Source of the DNA: Candidatus Latescibacterota bacterium
GTDB lineage: Bacteria > Latescibacterota > UBA2968 > GCA-2709665
Reading direction: 5' to 3'
Assembly (NCBI GenBank): GCA_965222075.1
Contig: OZ244937.1
Coordinates: forward strand, 3,968,001 to 4,032,000
DNA: 64,000 nt
Each line of letters begins with the position of its first letter. Within the stretch, counting starts at the first letter, position 1. Made by a program: the position numbers and the translations under genes. The notes beneath the pieces are model-generated. The model did no database searches. It worked only from the letters and a program-made list of their open reading frames with translations, and had not been told where the DNA came from. Shown here in pieces: positions 28,923 to 39,864 of the stretch.

Positions 28923-30395
28923 ATGAATATTTACGAGCGAATCGGCGTGCGGTCGTTTATCAACTGCTGCGGTACGCGGACGATTCACGGGGGGACGTTG
29001 ATGGTTCCCGGGGTGAAGCGGGCGATGGAGGCGGCTTCGGAGGCGTTTGTGAATATCGATGAGTTGATGGAAGGAGTCGGGGGGAGGCTGGCGGAGTTGA
29101 CAGGCGCGGAGTGGGGGATGGTGACGTCGGGGGCGGCGGCGGCGCTGTGCCACGCAACAGCAGCCTGCGTGGCGGGGGCCGATCCTGAAAAGATGATGCG
29201 GTTGCCGAGGACGGAGGGGCTGAAGGACCGGGTGATGATGTTGAAGGAGGGACGGTTTACGTACGATCACGCGATCCGGATGCCGGGGGTGGAGATCGTG
29301 GAGGTGGAGACGCAGGAGGAGATTGTGGAGGCGCTGGACGACCGGATGGCGATGGTTGCGCTTTTGGGCACCCAGGAGGCGCAGGCGGAAGGCCGGTTGG
29401 AAACGATTGCGGAGGCGGCCCGGCCGCAGGGGATTCCGATTCTGGTGGATGCGGCGTCGGAGCACCTGATGCGCCCGAATCCCTACCTTTCCCGTGGTGC
29501 GACGATGGTGGCCTACAGCGGGGGGAAATACCTGCGGGGGCCGCAGCCGACCGGGCTGCTTTTGGGCGAGAAGGCGTGGGTGCAGGCGGCGTGGACCAAT
29601 TCGGCGCCCCACCACGCGTTCGGACGGACGATGAAGCTGGGGAAAGAGGAGATTGTGGGGGTGCTGGCTGCAGTGGAGTACTGGGCCAGCGAGCGGGACC
29701 ACGAGGCCGAAGCGCGGCAGTGGGAGGAAGACCTGGAAGTGATCTTGGAGGAGGTGACACAGGTTGCGACGGTGACCACAGAGGTTCAACGATCGGAGAG
29801 GCCGACTGCGCCCGTTCCCCGGATGGAGATCCGATGGGACGGAGAGCGGATCGGGATGACGGGGTTGGAGCTGCGAGAAGCGTTGATGGGCGGAGACCCC
29901 CGGATTATGCTGGACGACCGGGGGGCGACCGATTGCTCGGTGTTCATCCTGCCGTTTTCGCTGCAGCCGGGAGAGGCGGAGGTTGTCGGGGCCAAGATCC
30001 GCGAGGCGCTGGAGGCCGCTCCCCGGAGAGAACACCAGGTTGAGAGACCGCCGGTTCGGGTTGCAGGAGCATGGGATCTGGAGATTCAGTATGTGAGAGG
30101 GACCTCGGAGCACGGGCTGGTGATTGAACAGGAGGGACCCGAGTTGACCGGGTTGCACCGCACGCGCTTCCACGAGAATCCCCTCTCCGGACGGGTTGAG
30201 GGAAAGGAGGTTACGTTTTCCAGCTTGCACCGATTCGAGGGAACCCACCTTTCCTACCGGTTCACCGGAACCGTGGATGGAGATGTGATGGAGGGAACGG
30301 TGGAACTGGGAAGCTACGGGCAGTCAGCGCCCGGGCTGGTGAATCAGAGAGAGTATGGGGAAGGAGGGTGGGAGGCGAGAAGGCGAGGGAAATGA
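28923..30395 (+). CDS. SelA-like PLP-dependent enzyme with an extra C-terminal beta domain
   Basis: INCCGTRTIHGG, VTSGAAAAL, LVDAA and YSGGKYLRGPQ (PLP lysine). Confidence 0.85.
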   Translation: MNIYERIGVRSFINCCGTRTIHGGTLMVPGVKRAMEAASEAFVNIDELMEGVGGRLAELTGAEWGMVTSGAAAALCHATAACVAGADPEKMMRLPRTEGLKDRVMMLKEGRFTYDHAIRMPGVEIVEVETQEEIVEALDDRMAMVALLGTQEAQAEGRLETIAEAARPQGIPILVDAASEHLMRPNPYLSRGATMVAYSGGKYLRGPQPTGLLLGEKAWVQAAWTNSAPHHAFGRTMKLGKEEIVGVLAAVEYWASERDHEAEARQWEEDLEVILEEVTQVATVTTEVQRSERPTAPVPRMEIRWDGERIGMTGLELREALMGGDPRIMLDDRGATDCSVFILPFSLQPGEAEVVGAKIREALEAAPRREHQVERPPVRVAGAWDLEIQYVRGTSEHGLVIEQEGPELTGLHRTRFHENPLSGRVEGKEVTFSSLHRFEGTHLSYRFTGTVDGDVMEGTVELGSYGQSAPGLVNQREYGEGGWEARRRGK

Positions 30396-30415
30396 AAATA
30401 CAACCGACCCCTGGA

Positions 30416-31252
30416 CTATCCATACTCGGCCGGTTTGATCTCGAGCGCTTCGGTCAGATAGCCGGCTCTGACGTTCGGAGAATGCTCGAAGACGAGCAGC
30501 CAGTTTTCCTCCCGCGCCTGTTTCAATATCCGCTCCTTGTTTTCCATCGTGGCCCTGGGAAAGAGGTCGTATCCCATCACATAATGCGTTTTCAGGTGCG
30601 ACGGTGTGGGTACGAGGTCCGCCAGAAAGCACGCGGTCAGATCGCCCGAGCGCAGAATCACGGACTGATGGTGCGCCGTGTGTCCAGGCGTGGATATCAT
30701 TGCTACGCCCGGCGCGATTGTCTCGTTTTCCGACGTGAGAACCACCTGCCCCCGCGCTTCAAGCGGCTCCCAGGTGTGCGGGAGATAACTGGGCCTGCTG
30801 CGGGGGTCCGGCTGTTTGGCACAGGCCAGTTCGCCCTGGTTGATGTAGTAGGCTGCATTTGGAAAGGTGGGGGTTAATTCCCCCTGACTGTTTTTGAAGC
30901 AGTTCCCTCCGCAGTGGTCGAAGTGCAGGTGCGTTAAGATGACTTTGGTGATGTCCTCCGCCTGCGCTCGCACGGCTGATAGGCTTTTCACGAGATCCGT
31001 TTTGGACTTATCCACACCATACAGGAAGGCGAATTTTTCATCGTAGACCGTACCCAGCCCGGTGTCTACCAGGATCGTCTCTGTGGGCGTTCGGATCAGC
31101 AGGCAGTTCAGCCCCAGCAGGATGCGGTTGCGGTCATCTGCCGGGTTGGTCTTCTGCCACAGCACTTTCGGGATCGTACCGAACATGGCCCCGCCGTCTA
31201 AGCGGAAGGTGCCGTCGCTGACCACAAACAGTTCGAATTCGCCAAATTCCAT
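30416..31252 (-). CDS. MBL-fold metallo-hydrolase (YtnP-like)
   Basis: LDGGAMFG, THLHFDHCGG, PGHTAHHQ, ADL and FEH. Confidence 0.92.
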   Translation of the reverse strand: MEFGEFELFVVSDGTFRLDGGAMFGTIPKVLWQKTNPADDRNRILLGLNCLLIRTPTETILVDTGLGTVYDEKFAFLYGVDKSKTDLVKSLSAVRAQAEDITKVILTHLHFDHCGGNCFKNSQGELTPTFPNAAYYINQGELACAKQPDPRSRPSYLPHTWEPLEARGQVVLTSENETIAPGVAMISTPGHTAHHQSVILRSGDLTACFLADLVPTPSHLKTHYVMGYDLFPRATMENKERILKQAREENWLLVFEHSPNVRAGYLTEALEIKPAEYG

Positions 31253-31566
31253 GCCAGGGCCTCATTCGGGATCAGTGCGTCCGCTGCATCGGGCTGTCGT
31301 CTTTTAGCACGCCGCGCCATTTCACGTGGAGCCGCAGGCGCGCCAACGCGCTCCCCCCCTCCCACTGCTTTCGTCTCCCCTTCGGAGCGGTAGCAGGTGG
31401 GATCGTCGGAGGAGGAATGCGCGCCCATTACAAATTTAAGCAAATTCCTTTCCGTTTTAAACCGATTCATACGGGGTGTCAAATCTTTTCTGGACAATTC
31501 TGGCATATTTTGAGATTTTAGGAAGGGCTGTAGTGGGGTGTGCACCCTTTAGCCTCAGGAGATGTG

Positions 31567-32631
31567 ATGTCGGTTTCAAAATTGGAGGACCGTTTTACCC
31601 TGGTCGCCACCGATGTGGACTCTGCATTGAACGCGTTTGCCGAAGACGTGGCTGTGGGGCTGACGGCATGTCCCAAGCGGCTTTCCTCCTGCTATTTCTA
31701 TGACCGTGAGGGGGGGCGCCTGTTTGAGGAGATCTGCAAGCTGCCCGAATATTACCTGACGCGGGCGGAGCGGGAAATCTTAGAGGCGCGTGCAGGGGAG
31801 ATTGCGTCGGGGTTTTCGGACGAGATCACGCTGGTTGAGCTGGGCAGCGGAAGCGCGGTGAAGACGCGGCTGCTGATCGAAGCGTTCTTAGAACGACAGG
31901 GCCGCCTGCGGTTTGTGCCAGTAGATATTTCCCAAAGCACGCTGGAAGAGAGTTCGATCGAGTTGCTGGGAACCTATCCAGAGCTGGAGGTCCTCGGGAT
32001 TGCCGCAGAATACCACGACGGGCTGGCGCGGTTGAAAGAGGAGATCGAGGGGCCCAGGCTGATCCTTTGGCTGGGGTCGAATGTGGGGAATTTTGACCGG
32101 CCGGATGCGGTGCGGTTCCTGGCGCGCGTGGGAGAGACGATGGCGGGGGGGGACCGTTTCCTGGTGGGGACGGACCTGCGCAAGGACCGGGCGGTGCTGG
32201 AGGCGGCGTACGACGATACGCAGGGGGTCACGGCCCGGTTCAACCAGAACCTGCTGGCCCGGATCAACCGGGAGCTGGGTGGGCAGTTTGACCTGGCGCG
32301 CTTCCAGCACCGTGCGGTTTACAAAGAGGCCGAAGGGCGAGTGGAGATCCACCAGGTGAGCACCTGCGCGCAGACAGTTGCGATCGAGGATCTGGATATG
32401 GAGGTGGTGTTTGCCCAGGGCGAGGCGATCCACACGGAGAATTCATACAAGTATTCGATTGCAGAGATCGACGCCTTGGCCAAGGGAGCCGGGCTGGAGG
32501 TGGAACGGCGGTGGTTTGACAGCGAGCGGCGGTTTGGGTTGAATATGTTGAAACGCAACCATGGGAATACAGGTGGACACAGATCGGCTGATCGTTGGTA
32601 CCTGAATGTTCAGCCGCGATTTTATCAATGA
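31567..32631 (+). CDS. egtD: L-histidine N-alpha-methyltransferase
   Basis: YFYDREG..LFEEIC.LPEYYLTRAE, ELGSGSAVKT, AYDD.QGVTARFN and IHTENSYKY. Confidence 0.92.
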   Translation: MSVSKLEDRFTLVATDVDSALNAFAEDVAVGLTACPKRLSSCYFYDREGGRLFEEICKLPEYYLTRAEREILEARAGEIASGFSDEITLVELGSGSAVKTRLLIEAFLERQGRLRFVPVDISQSTLEESSIELLGTYPELEVLGIAAEYHDGLARLKEEIEGPRLILWLGSNVGNFDRPDAVRFLARVGETMAGGDRFLVGTDLRKDRAVLEAAYDDTQGVTARFNQNLLARINRELGGQFDLARFQHRAVYKEAEGRVEIHQVSTCAQTVAIEDLDMEVVFAQGEAIHTENSYKYSIAEIDALAKGAGLEVERRWFDSERRFGLNMLKRNHGNTGGHRSADRWYLNVQPRFYQ

Positions 32632-33305
32632 GACCAGCACTGGCGTTTGACAGGGTTTCCAAGGTCTACGATACGTTTGGCAGCAGCAGCCGGTTTGCGC
32701 TGCGGGAGGTTTCGTTTGCAGTCCCGGAGGGACGGAAGGTGGCGGTTGTGGGGCGCAGCGGGAGCGGGAAGTCGACGCTTTTGCACTTAGCCGCGGGGAT
32801 TGACGTGCCCACAAAGGGGGAGGTCCGGGTTCTGGACCGGGACTTAGGGGAACTGTCGGAAGAGACGCGGACCCTGCTTCGGCGGGACGAGATGGGGCTG
32901 GTCTTCCAGTTTTTCTACCTGATGCCCCACCTGTCGGTGCGGGACAACGTGGCGCTTCCGGCGCTGATTGCGGGAGAGCGCCCGGTCGATTACGGGCCAA
33001 GAGTGCACGGACTGCTGGAGCGAGTGGGGCTGGCCGACCGGGCGGAGGATGCGGTGGAGAAGCTTTCGGGGGGGGAGATGCAGCGGGTGGCGATCTGCCG
33101 GGCGCTGCTGCGCCGGCCGAGGCTGCTGCTGGCGGATGAGCCCACCGGGAATTTGGACGACGAGAACGGGCAGATGGTGATGGACCTGATGCTGGCCTTG
33201 GCGTCGGAAGAGGGGACGACGCTGCTGTATGTGACCCACAGCCGGGAGTTTGCCGCCTTAGCCGACGAGATCTGGGAGCTTCACAGTGGCGTGTTGGAAA
33301 GATAA
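32628..33305 (+). CDS. ABC transporter ATP-binding protein (LolD/AttE-like)
   Basis: GRSGSGKS, LSGGEMQRV and LADEPTGNLD. Confidence 0.92.
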   Translation: MRPALAFDRVSKVYDTFGSSSRFALREVSFAVPEGRKVAVVGRSGSGKSTLLHLAAGIDVPTKGEVRVLDRDLGELSEETRTLLRRDEMGLVFQFFYLMPHLSVRDNVALPALIAGERPVDYGPRVHGLLERVGLADRAEDAVEKLSGGEMQRVAICRALLRRPRLLLADEPTGNLDDENGQMVMDLMLALASEEGTTLLYVTHSREFAALADEIWELHSGVLER

Positions 33306-33334
33306 AAACAACTGAACGCTGATCCGGAGGCGAG

Positions 33335-35859
33335 GTGACCTGGTACTTTTTAAAGGCGCTTTTGATGCACGTTCGGGAGGGGCGGAGCCTCTATTTTTTG
33401 ACGGTGTTCGGAGTGGCGCTGGGGGTAGCGGCGGTGCTGTCGATTCAGATTATCAACCGGAATGCACTGGCCGCGTTTGAAGGGAGCGTAGCGGCGGTGA
33501 GCGGGGAGGCGGATTTCAGCGTGCTGGGGCGGACGCCCACGTTTTCCGAGGCGCTCTACGCCGAGGTCTTAGCCCAGGAGGGGGTGGCCGCAGCCTGGCC
33601 GCTCTACCGGGTGGAGGTGGCGCTTGCGGGTCGGGAGGCGTTTTTTTTGGAGGTGCTGGGGGTCGATTTCTTCGCACCGATGCGGGTGCCCTGGAAGGGG
33701 GCGCCGGGGGAGACGTCGGCGGCGCTTTTTCGGCCTGGGTGGGCGGCGGTGACGCCGGCGATAGCGGGGGCGATGGGGTGGGAGGTGGGGGATTCGGTGG
33801 AGGTGTCGAGCGGGTCGCAGCGGGTGTGGTTGGTGGTGGGGGCGCTGGTGGATTTTCAGGCGCTGAGTCCGCTGGCCAGCTCCAGGCTGGTGGTGATGGA
33901 TATTGCGCAGGCGCAGAGCCTGCTGGGACGGCGGGGGGAGCTTCACCAGATCGATGTGCAGGCGGGGAAGGGAGTGGACCGGGACGCGCTGATGGACCGG
34001 CTGCAGGACCGGCTGGGTGAGGGGGTGCGGGTGATGACGCCAAAGCAGCGGGAGCAGCAGGCCGTGGGACTGTTGGAGGCGTTTCGGCTGAATCTGACGG
34101 CGATGAGCCTGATCAGCCTGTTTGTGGGGATGTTTTTGGTTTACAGCAGTACGCAGGCCTCGCTGGTGCGGCGGCGGGCGGAGTTCGGGCTGCTCCGGTC
34201 GCTGGGGGCCACGCGGGGGCAGGTGCTGGTGTTGATTCTGGGGGAGGTGGTTCTCTTAGGCGTTCTGGGCGTTCTGTTGGGGTTGCCGATGGGGTACTGG
34301 GCGGCGGAGTCGAATGTGGCGATGGTCAGCGCCACGCTGGCGAACCTCTATCTGTTGGAGGAGATTTCGTCGCTGCAGATGCCCCTGTGGCTGTACGGTC
34401 TGGCGGGGTTGATCGGCATTGGCGGGGCGATGGGGGGGGCGCTGTTACCGGCGCTGGATATGAGCCGGCGGGATACCCGGTCGCTGCTTGCGGCTTTTAC
34501 CCTGCACGAGAAGATCGGCACTCTGGCCCCCCGCCTGTTTGCGATTGGGGTCTCTTTTTTGCTCCTTTCCGGGGTCTGGTACTGGATATGGGGGCAGGCG
34601 TGGCGCCTTCGGGGTTCGTGCTGGGCATCGCCCTGCTGATCGGGCTTCCGCTATTGACCCCGTTTGTGATTCAGCAGGCCTGCGGACGGATTCGGATCCG
34701 GGGGTTCGGGCTGGGGTACAGTTTGAAGGGGCTGGGGGTGCGGCTGCAAACGAGTGCTTTTGCGGTGGCTTCGCTGGGGATTGCGGTGAGTATGCTGATC
34801 GGGATTACGCTGATGATCGGGAGCTTCCGGCAGACGCTGGAGGTGTGGGTGGCCACGTCAATTCAGGCCGATATTTATATTTCACCGCAGTCGTGGCGGG
34901 GGAAGGGGAATGAGGCGTTCTTAGAACCGGCGCTGGCAGGGGCGCTGGCCGGCCATCCAGGGGTTGTGGCGGTTGACCGGCTGCGGGGGTTCCTGGCCTA
35001 TACAGGGGAGCAGCGGATCGTCCTGGCCGGGGTGGAGATGGGGCTGCCTGGAGGAGAAGCCCGGTTTCCGCTCCTGGACGGGGACAGGCAGGAAGCTTTC
35101 CGGCAGGTCCACGAGGGAGAGGCGGTGTTGATCGGAGAGACGCTGGCGCGCAAGGCGGGGGTGTGGGCGGGGGATGAGCTGCCGGTGTACGGCCCGGAGG
35201 GGGAGTTGCGGTTTCCGGTTGCAGGGGTGTATTACGATTACAGCACGGAGGGGGGGGCGGCGGTGATGGACCTGCGGACACTGGCGCGGCATTTTGGGCC
35301 CGGGCCGGTCAACAGCGTGGCGCTTTACCTGGCGCCGGGGAGGGACGCGGAGCAGGTGGTGGACGAACTGAAGGCCCGCTTCCCGGGAGCGCCGCTTGAT
35401 ATCCGGAGCAACCGCCGGCTCCGGGAGGAGGTGTTCAAGGTTTTCGACCAGACCTTTGCTGTGACCCGGATCCTGCAGGGGATGAGCCTGCTGATTGCAG
35501 TGTGCGGGATTGCGCTGATGCTGCTGGTGCTGGCCCGGGAGCAGGTGTCGGAGCTGGCGCTGTACCGCGCGGTGGGGGCGCGACGCCGGCAGATTTTCGG
35601 GATTTTTGTGGGCAAGGGGATGGGGATGGGGATGCTGGGCCTGGCGCTGGGCCTGGTGGGGGGCGTGGCCCTGGCAGGGGTGTTGATTTTTGTAATCAAT
35701 CGGGCGTATTTCGGGTGGACGATCCAGGTTTACTGGCCCTGGGGACCAGTCTTGCAGCAGGCGGCTACCATTCTGGGCGCGGCGGTCCTGGCAAGCCTCT
35801 ACCCGGCCCTGCGGGCGAGCCAGACGCCGGCGACCGAGCTGAGCCGGGACGATGTGTGA
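33335..35859 (+). pseudogene. FtsX/MacB-type ABC permease (AttF/G-like), split by a 1-nt frameshift near 34608
   Basis: ORFs 33335-34639 and about 34610-35859 are two halves of one ~840-aa permease; gcg tgg cgc ct|tcg ggg ttc gtg lacks one base. Could be a sequencing error. Confidence 0.8.
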
Positions 35860-35888
35860 CGTGTGGATGTGATCCAGGCGCTGACCGA

Positions 35889-35945
35889 TTATCACACGCG
35901 TCTTAACCGTCCAACACTCGAGGAATAAGCATGTCTGAACTTCCA
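35889..35945 (+). repeat. 57-bp direct repeat of the PhyH-PhyH gene junction at 39825-39881
   Basis: ttatcacacgcgtcttaaccgtccaacactcgaggaataagcatgtctgaacttcca versus ...ctcaatcg...caaggaatgagcatgcctgaacttcca; 5 mismatches. Confidence 0.85.
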
Positions 35946-36560
35946 TCTCTTCCATGCGAGAGATGAAATTCCTCTCCGCTTGCCAATCGCAGAGGTACCC
36001 TGTGTTGTTCTCGGCGTTTCTGATAGATTTCAAAAAGCGCACCTTCAGCTTCATTAAAAGAGGCAATCGCTTGGTTCCACATTTTGGAACGATATGCTCT
36101 TATAGTGCGAATCGCTATATCAGACAAGGCATAATGGGTCCGCGGGCTGTTTGTGGGTAGGGTAAGGTCGTCAGGGTTCCGAACGACAAGGCCTGCCTGC
36201 TCAAATCTTCGGTGCTTGATATTATGCATCCATAGAAGCGGAACAGCGCGGTTTTGTTTAACTGCATCTTCATCTGTAAGAAATGGTCGAGCGTGAAAGG
36301 CTACCACCGGGCCTGTAGACACTTCCAATCCGTGCTGTTGTAGCGTACCGGTCCAGCTATCCACTTTTCTGTAACTCTGCCCGATAGCAGTAACAACTCG
36401 TCAAGATCGCAGTCCAAAACCTTTGTTAGACGTAGGATTAACGATTCAGATGGCAGAATTTTTCCAGCCTCGATTCGTGAAAAGTGGGCCGGATCAACTC
36501 CCACAGCGGATGAGAGTGACCGTAAGCTGATTTTTTTACGCCTTCTGAGGAGACGCATAT
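35946..36560 (-). pseudogene. Collapsed type II R-M locus: XRE HTH controller, methyltransferase fragment and BsuBI/PstI-like endonuclease fragment
   Basis: SLRSLSSAVGVDPAHFSRIEAG (HTH); GLEVSTGPVV...VPLLW (MTase C-terminal part); FEQAGLVVRNPDD...PTNSP.T.Y (BsuBI/PstI-like N-terminal region). Lower GC than the flanks. Confidence 0.65.
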
Positions 36561-36786
36561 ATTCGCCACCGAGACCTACCGAGGGGGCTATCCGCATGCT
36601 GCTTTCGAATGACAGCCATAAGGATGATGACATAATTTGGCAGGTACGTTCTACAACACGGTCACCATAGAAATTTCCAAACTCGGTTTTGAGTATTGGA
36701 AAAACGCAAAAGGTTCCCACGAAAAGAGGAGCGCGAAGTCGCCGCGATTCAGGGCGTCATTTTGAGACTTTCCCAGGAGGAACACC

Positions 36787-37030
36787 ATGACACAAACAAC
36801 CGAAAACGTAATACTCACAATTGAGCACGGCGTGTTTTACAGCAAAGAGGGCTTTGTGAGCGGCACCCCCATTTTCGTGGGGACCCGTGTGCCACTGAAG
36901 AATCTGTTTGATTATCTGGCGGGTGGGCACAATCTGGACGAATTTCTGGACGATTTCCCGGGTGTAAGCCGCGAGCAGGCAATAAGGACGCTTGATATGG
37001 CGAGGGAAGTCCTGGAGAGCATTGCTTATG
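36787..37030 (+). CDS. DUF433 antitoxin
   Basis: VSGTPIFVGTRVPLKNLFDYLAGGHNLDEFLDDFPGVSREQA; the ORF reads on to 37056. Confidence 0.85.
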
Positions 37031-37445
37031 AGACTGCTCAGTGCCAATGCAGCTAAGAAGCCTGTTAGTTGGGCATGACGTTTGGACAGTAAGGTACATG
37101 GGATGGAGCAGCAAGAGCAATGGCGAACTCCTGGCATTCGCCAGCAGGAACGGGACGGCGTCTATCAGAAGTATCTCTTTGCGCCTGAGTCCAACGTAGC
37201 GGTCTCGTTCGATACCGCCTTCTCGTTCCAGGCCGGTATGTACCGGGATCAACAGCGTTATCGCGGCCGCTGGAAACCGCGGAAGCACTTTTCAGGTTCG
37301 GACCACGTTCCCGCCTTTGACGGCGCCGAAGACGGCGCGGACTATTGGTGCCCTTTGGGAGCGGGCGAGCGAGGGTAAGGGTCTGTTCGTTGTCGCGGAG
37401 AAAATGGTTGATGGAAAGGACGTGCGTGGGCAGTTGATTCGACAC
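37028..37445 (+). pseudogene. DUF5615 PIN-like toxin fragment fused to fragments of a restriction-enzyme-like (type III Res-like) C-terminus
   Basis: MRLL.., then PMQLRSLLVGHDVWTVRYMGWSSKSNGELLA (PIN-like), followed by IRQQERDGVYQKYLF...KHF...AFDG and IGALWERASEGKGLF. Confidence 0.55.
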
Positions 37446-37499
37446 CTATCCTGAAAAAACACCCTCAAAGCATGCGCTCATCCAACCGGGGAGTGATCT

Positions 37500-38957
37500 A
37501 TGGGCATCTTGCACGGACATATTATTGACAGTGCGACCGGCGAGCAAATCAGCGCCAAAGTTCACGTACTGACATCCGATGGCCATTTTTCCAATCCACG
37601 CCAGGCCATGCTCAAGCGAGGCCCCGGCACCCCTTTCTTCTTTTGCGACGGAGAATTCGAGGTTCGGGCTGCCCGTGGGCGCACCGACATTCTGGTCGAA
37701 CGCGGCACAGAATACGAACCTGTACGTACGGTGGTCGAAATGCCGGAACATGGCAGCAGAGACGTCGAAATCACCCTCAACCGCTGGTATTACCCCCAGG
37801 AAAACAACTGGTATCCCGGCAATACACACATTCACTACGACGAAAAAGAAACCCGCCCCGACGAGCGCCTGGCCATTGACTGCGGCGTTGAAGGCTACAA
37901 CGTCACTGTCGTCAGTGTTCTGGACAGAAGACAACTCCCTTATGCCAGCAACAAATATCCCATCGGCGTCATGAACGAATTCACCACTGCACATCACGTA
38001 CTCGACATCGGTGAAGAGAATCGCCACTACGGCGAAAACTCACCCTGGGGTTTTGGATACGGCCACGTCATGTTCCTCAACATCCGCAACCTCGTCCAAC
38101 CCGTCAGCCGGGGTCACATCCTCACCGCGCAATTCGACCCCGACTATCCTCCCCTGTGCTTTTGTTGCGACGAAGCACGCGATCAGGGTGGTATTGTAAT
38201 TTGGTGTCACAATGGTCGCGGAATGGAGGCCCCCATTGCAGCGGTGTTGGGCAAATTGGACGCCTTCAATCTTTTCGATCCCTTCTGGATGGACCCCGAG
38301 TACGATCTGTGGTACAAACTGCTCAATTGCGGCATCTCCTTGCCCGCCTCCACCGGCACCGACTGGTTCGTCTGCTCCAACAACCGGGTCTACGTCAACA
38401 CCAGAGACACGTTCTCCTACGAAAACTGGATTGCCGGTATGAAATCGGGCAATACGTTTATCACCAATGGCCCGGCCATTGATCTGAGCGTTAACGATCA
38501 GCCGATGGGTGCTACGGTCCGATTATCCAACGGGGGTTCGCTCGACATAGAATCCAGGTTCACATCCTTTTATCCCATCCACTGCGCTGAAATCGTGATG
38601 AATGGCCGCGTCATTCACAGCGAGAACTATCCCGAAGGCAAACGCGAGGGTGCCACTCGCCATCGGGTCAATGTCGACCGCGATGGCTGGATCGCTGCCC
38701 GACTCTGGGGTAACCAGCGCGACAGCTTCGACCAATCGATCTACGCCCACGGTAGCCCGGTTTATTTTGTCTGTGGCCGACCTCCCGCCGAACGAAACGA
38801 ATCCGCCCGGTACTTCCTCAACGGCATCGAAGACGCGCTCAAATGGATCGACACCTGGGGGCGTTACAACACCGATCAGCAACGCGAAGATGTCAAAGCA
38901 CTCTTTCGCCGTGGGCGAGAAGCTTACGCGGAACTCGTGAATGGAGGATCCCGATGA
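37500..38957 (+). CDS. CehA/McbA-family (PHP-like) metallohydrolase
   Basis: VERGTEY, WYPGNTHIH, WYKLLNCG..LPASTGTD, RVYV and GNTFITNGP. Confidence 0.85.
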   Translation: MGILHGHIIDSATGEQISAKVHVLTSDGHFSNPRQAMLKRGPGTPFFFCDGEFEVRAARGRTDILVERGTEYEPVRTVVEMPEHGSRDVEITLNRWYYPQENNWYPGNTHIHYDEKETRPDERLAIDCGVEGYNVTVVSVLDRRQLPYASNKYPIGVMNEFTTAHHVLDIGEENRHYGENSPWGFGYGHVMFLNIRNLVQPVSRGHILTAQFDPDYPPLCFCCDEARDQGGIVIWCHNGRGMEAPIAAVLGKLDAFNLFDPFWMDPEYDLWYKLLNCGISLPASTGTDWFVCSNNRVYVNTRDTFSYENWIAGMKSGNTFITNGPAIDLSVNDQPMGATVRLSNGGSLDIESRFTSFYPIHCAEIVMNGRVIHSENYPEGKREGATRHRVNVDRDGWIAARLWGNQRDSFDQSIYAHGSPVYFVCGRPPAERNESARYFLNGIEDALKWIDTWGRYNTDQQREDVKALFRRGREAYAELVNGGSR

Positions 38958-39063
38958 CGGAATATGCGATAGATTGGGCTTTGTTGTATACCCTCTTAGT
39001 ACCTTCGTTAATCGCGCGTCGTCCGTACAAATATCAAAAACCTCCATCAAGACGAGTAACACC

Positions 39064-39864
39064 ATGACCGAAGACGAAAAATACCTCTTTGACCTCAACG
39101 GATATCTCGTCATCGAAAATGTTCTGACGGATGACGAACTCGCCCTGACAAACGAAGCGGTTGATCGCCACCTCGACCAGGGGCATATTCGCTCGCGTGA
39201 ACAGCGCCTTGACGGTGATTCGCCTGCCCTTGAAGGCACGCACGGCCGCGGCGAATTGACCGATCTCATCCACTGGAACGAACCCTGGTGCAATCCCTTT
39301 CGAGATATGCTGGCCCACCCTCGCATTGTGCCTTACCTCAACGAAATGCTCGGCCAGGGCTTTCGCATTGACCACCAGATGTTTCTGCTCTGGATGGACA
39401 AAGGCGCCGGAGGCTTTCGCTTCCACGGCTCCTCCGGTCCCGGGTTTGACCCCAACCAGTATTATATTTTCAAAAACGGCAGAATGCACAACGGACTCAC
39501 CGTCGTCTCATTCCAACTCACAGATGTCAACGCAGGTGACGGCGGTCTCTGTGTTATTCCAGGATCTCACAAAAGCAACTATCCCTGTCCGCAGGAAATG
39601 CGTCTCTACCAGAAACATCGGGAACACATTTGCCAGATCACCTGTAAGGCAGGTGATGTCATCATCTTCACCGAAGCCGTCACGCACGGCACCCTGCCCT
39701 GGACATCAGACCATCCACGTCGGTCAACGCTCACCCGCTACACCGCCGGCAACATGGCCTATGTTCGCGCCTATGACATACCCGAATGGGCAAATGAACG
39801 ACAACGTGCGGTTATGGAGCCCCCTTATCACACGCGTCTCAATCGTCCAACACTCAAGGAATGA
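39064..39864 (+). CDS. Phytanoyl-CoA dioxygenase (PhyH) family protein
   Basis: YLFDLNGYLV, FHG, GGLCVIPGSHKSN and KAGDVIIFTEAVTHG. Confidence 0.9.
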   Translation: MTEDEKYLFDLNGYLVIENVLTDDELALTNEAVDRHLDQGHIRSREQRLDGDSPALEGTHGRGELTDLIHWNEPWCNPFRDMLAHPRIVPYLNEMLGQGFRIDHQMFLLWMDKGAGGFRFHGSSGPGFDPNQYYIFKNGRMHNGLTVVSFQLTDVNAGDGGLCVIPGSHKSNYPCPQEMRLYQKHREHICQITCKAGDVIIFTEAVTHGTLPWTSDHPRRSTLTRYTAGNMAYVRAYDIPEWANERQRAVMEPPYHTRLNRPTLKE

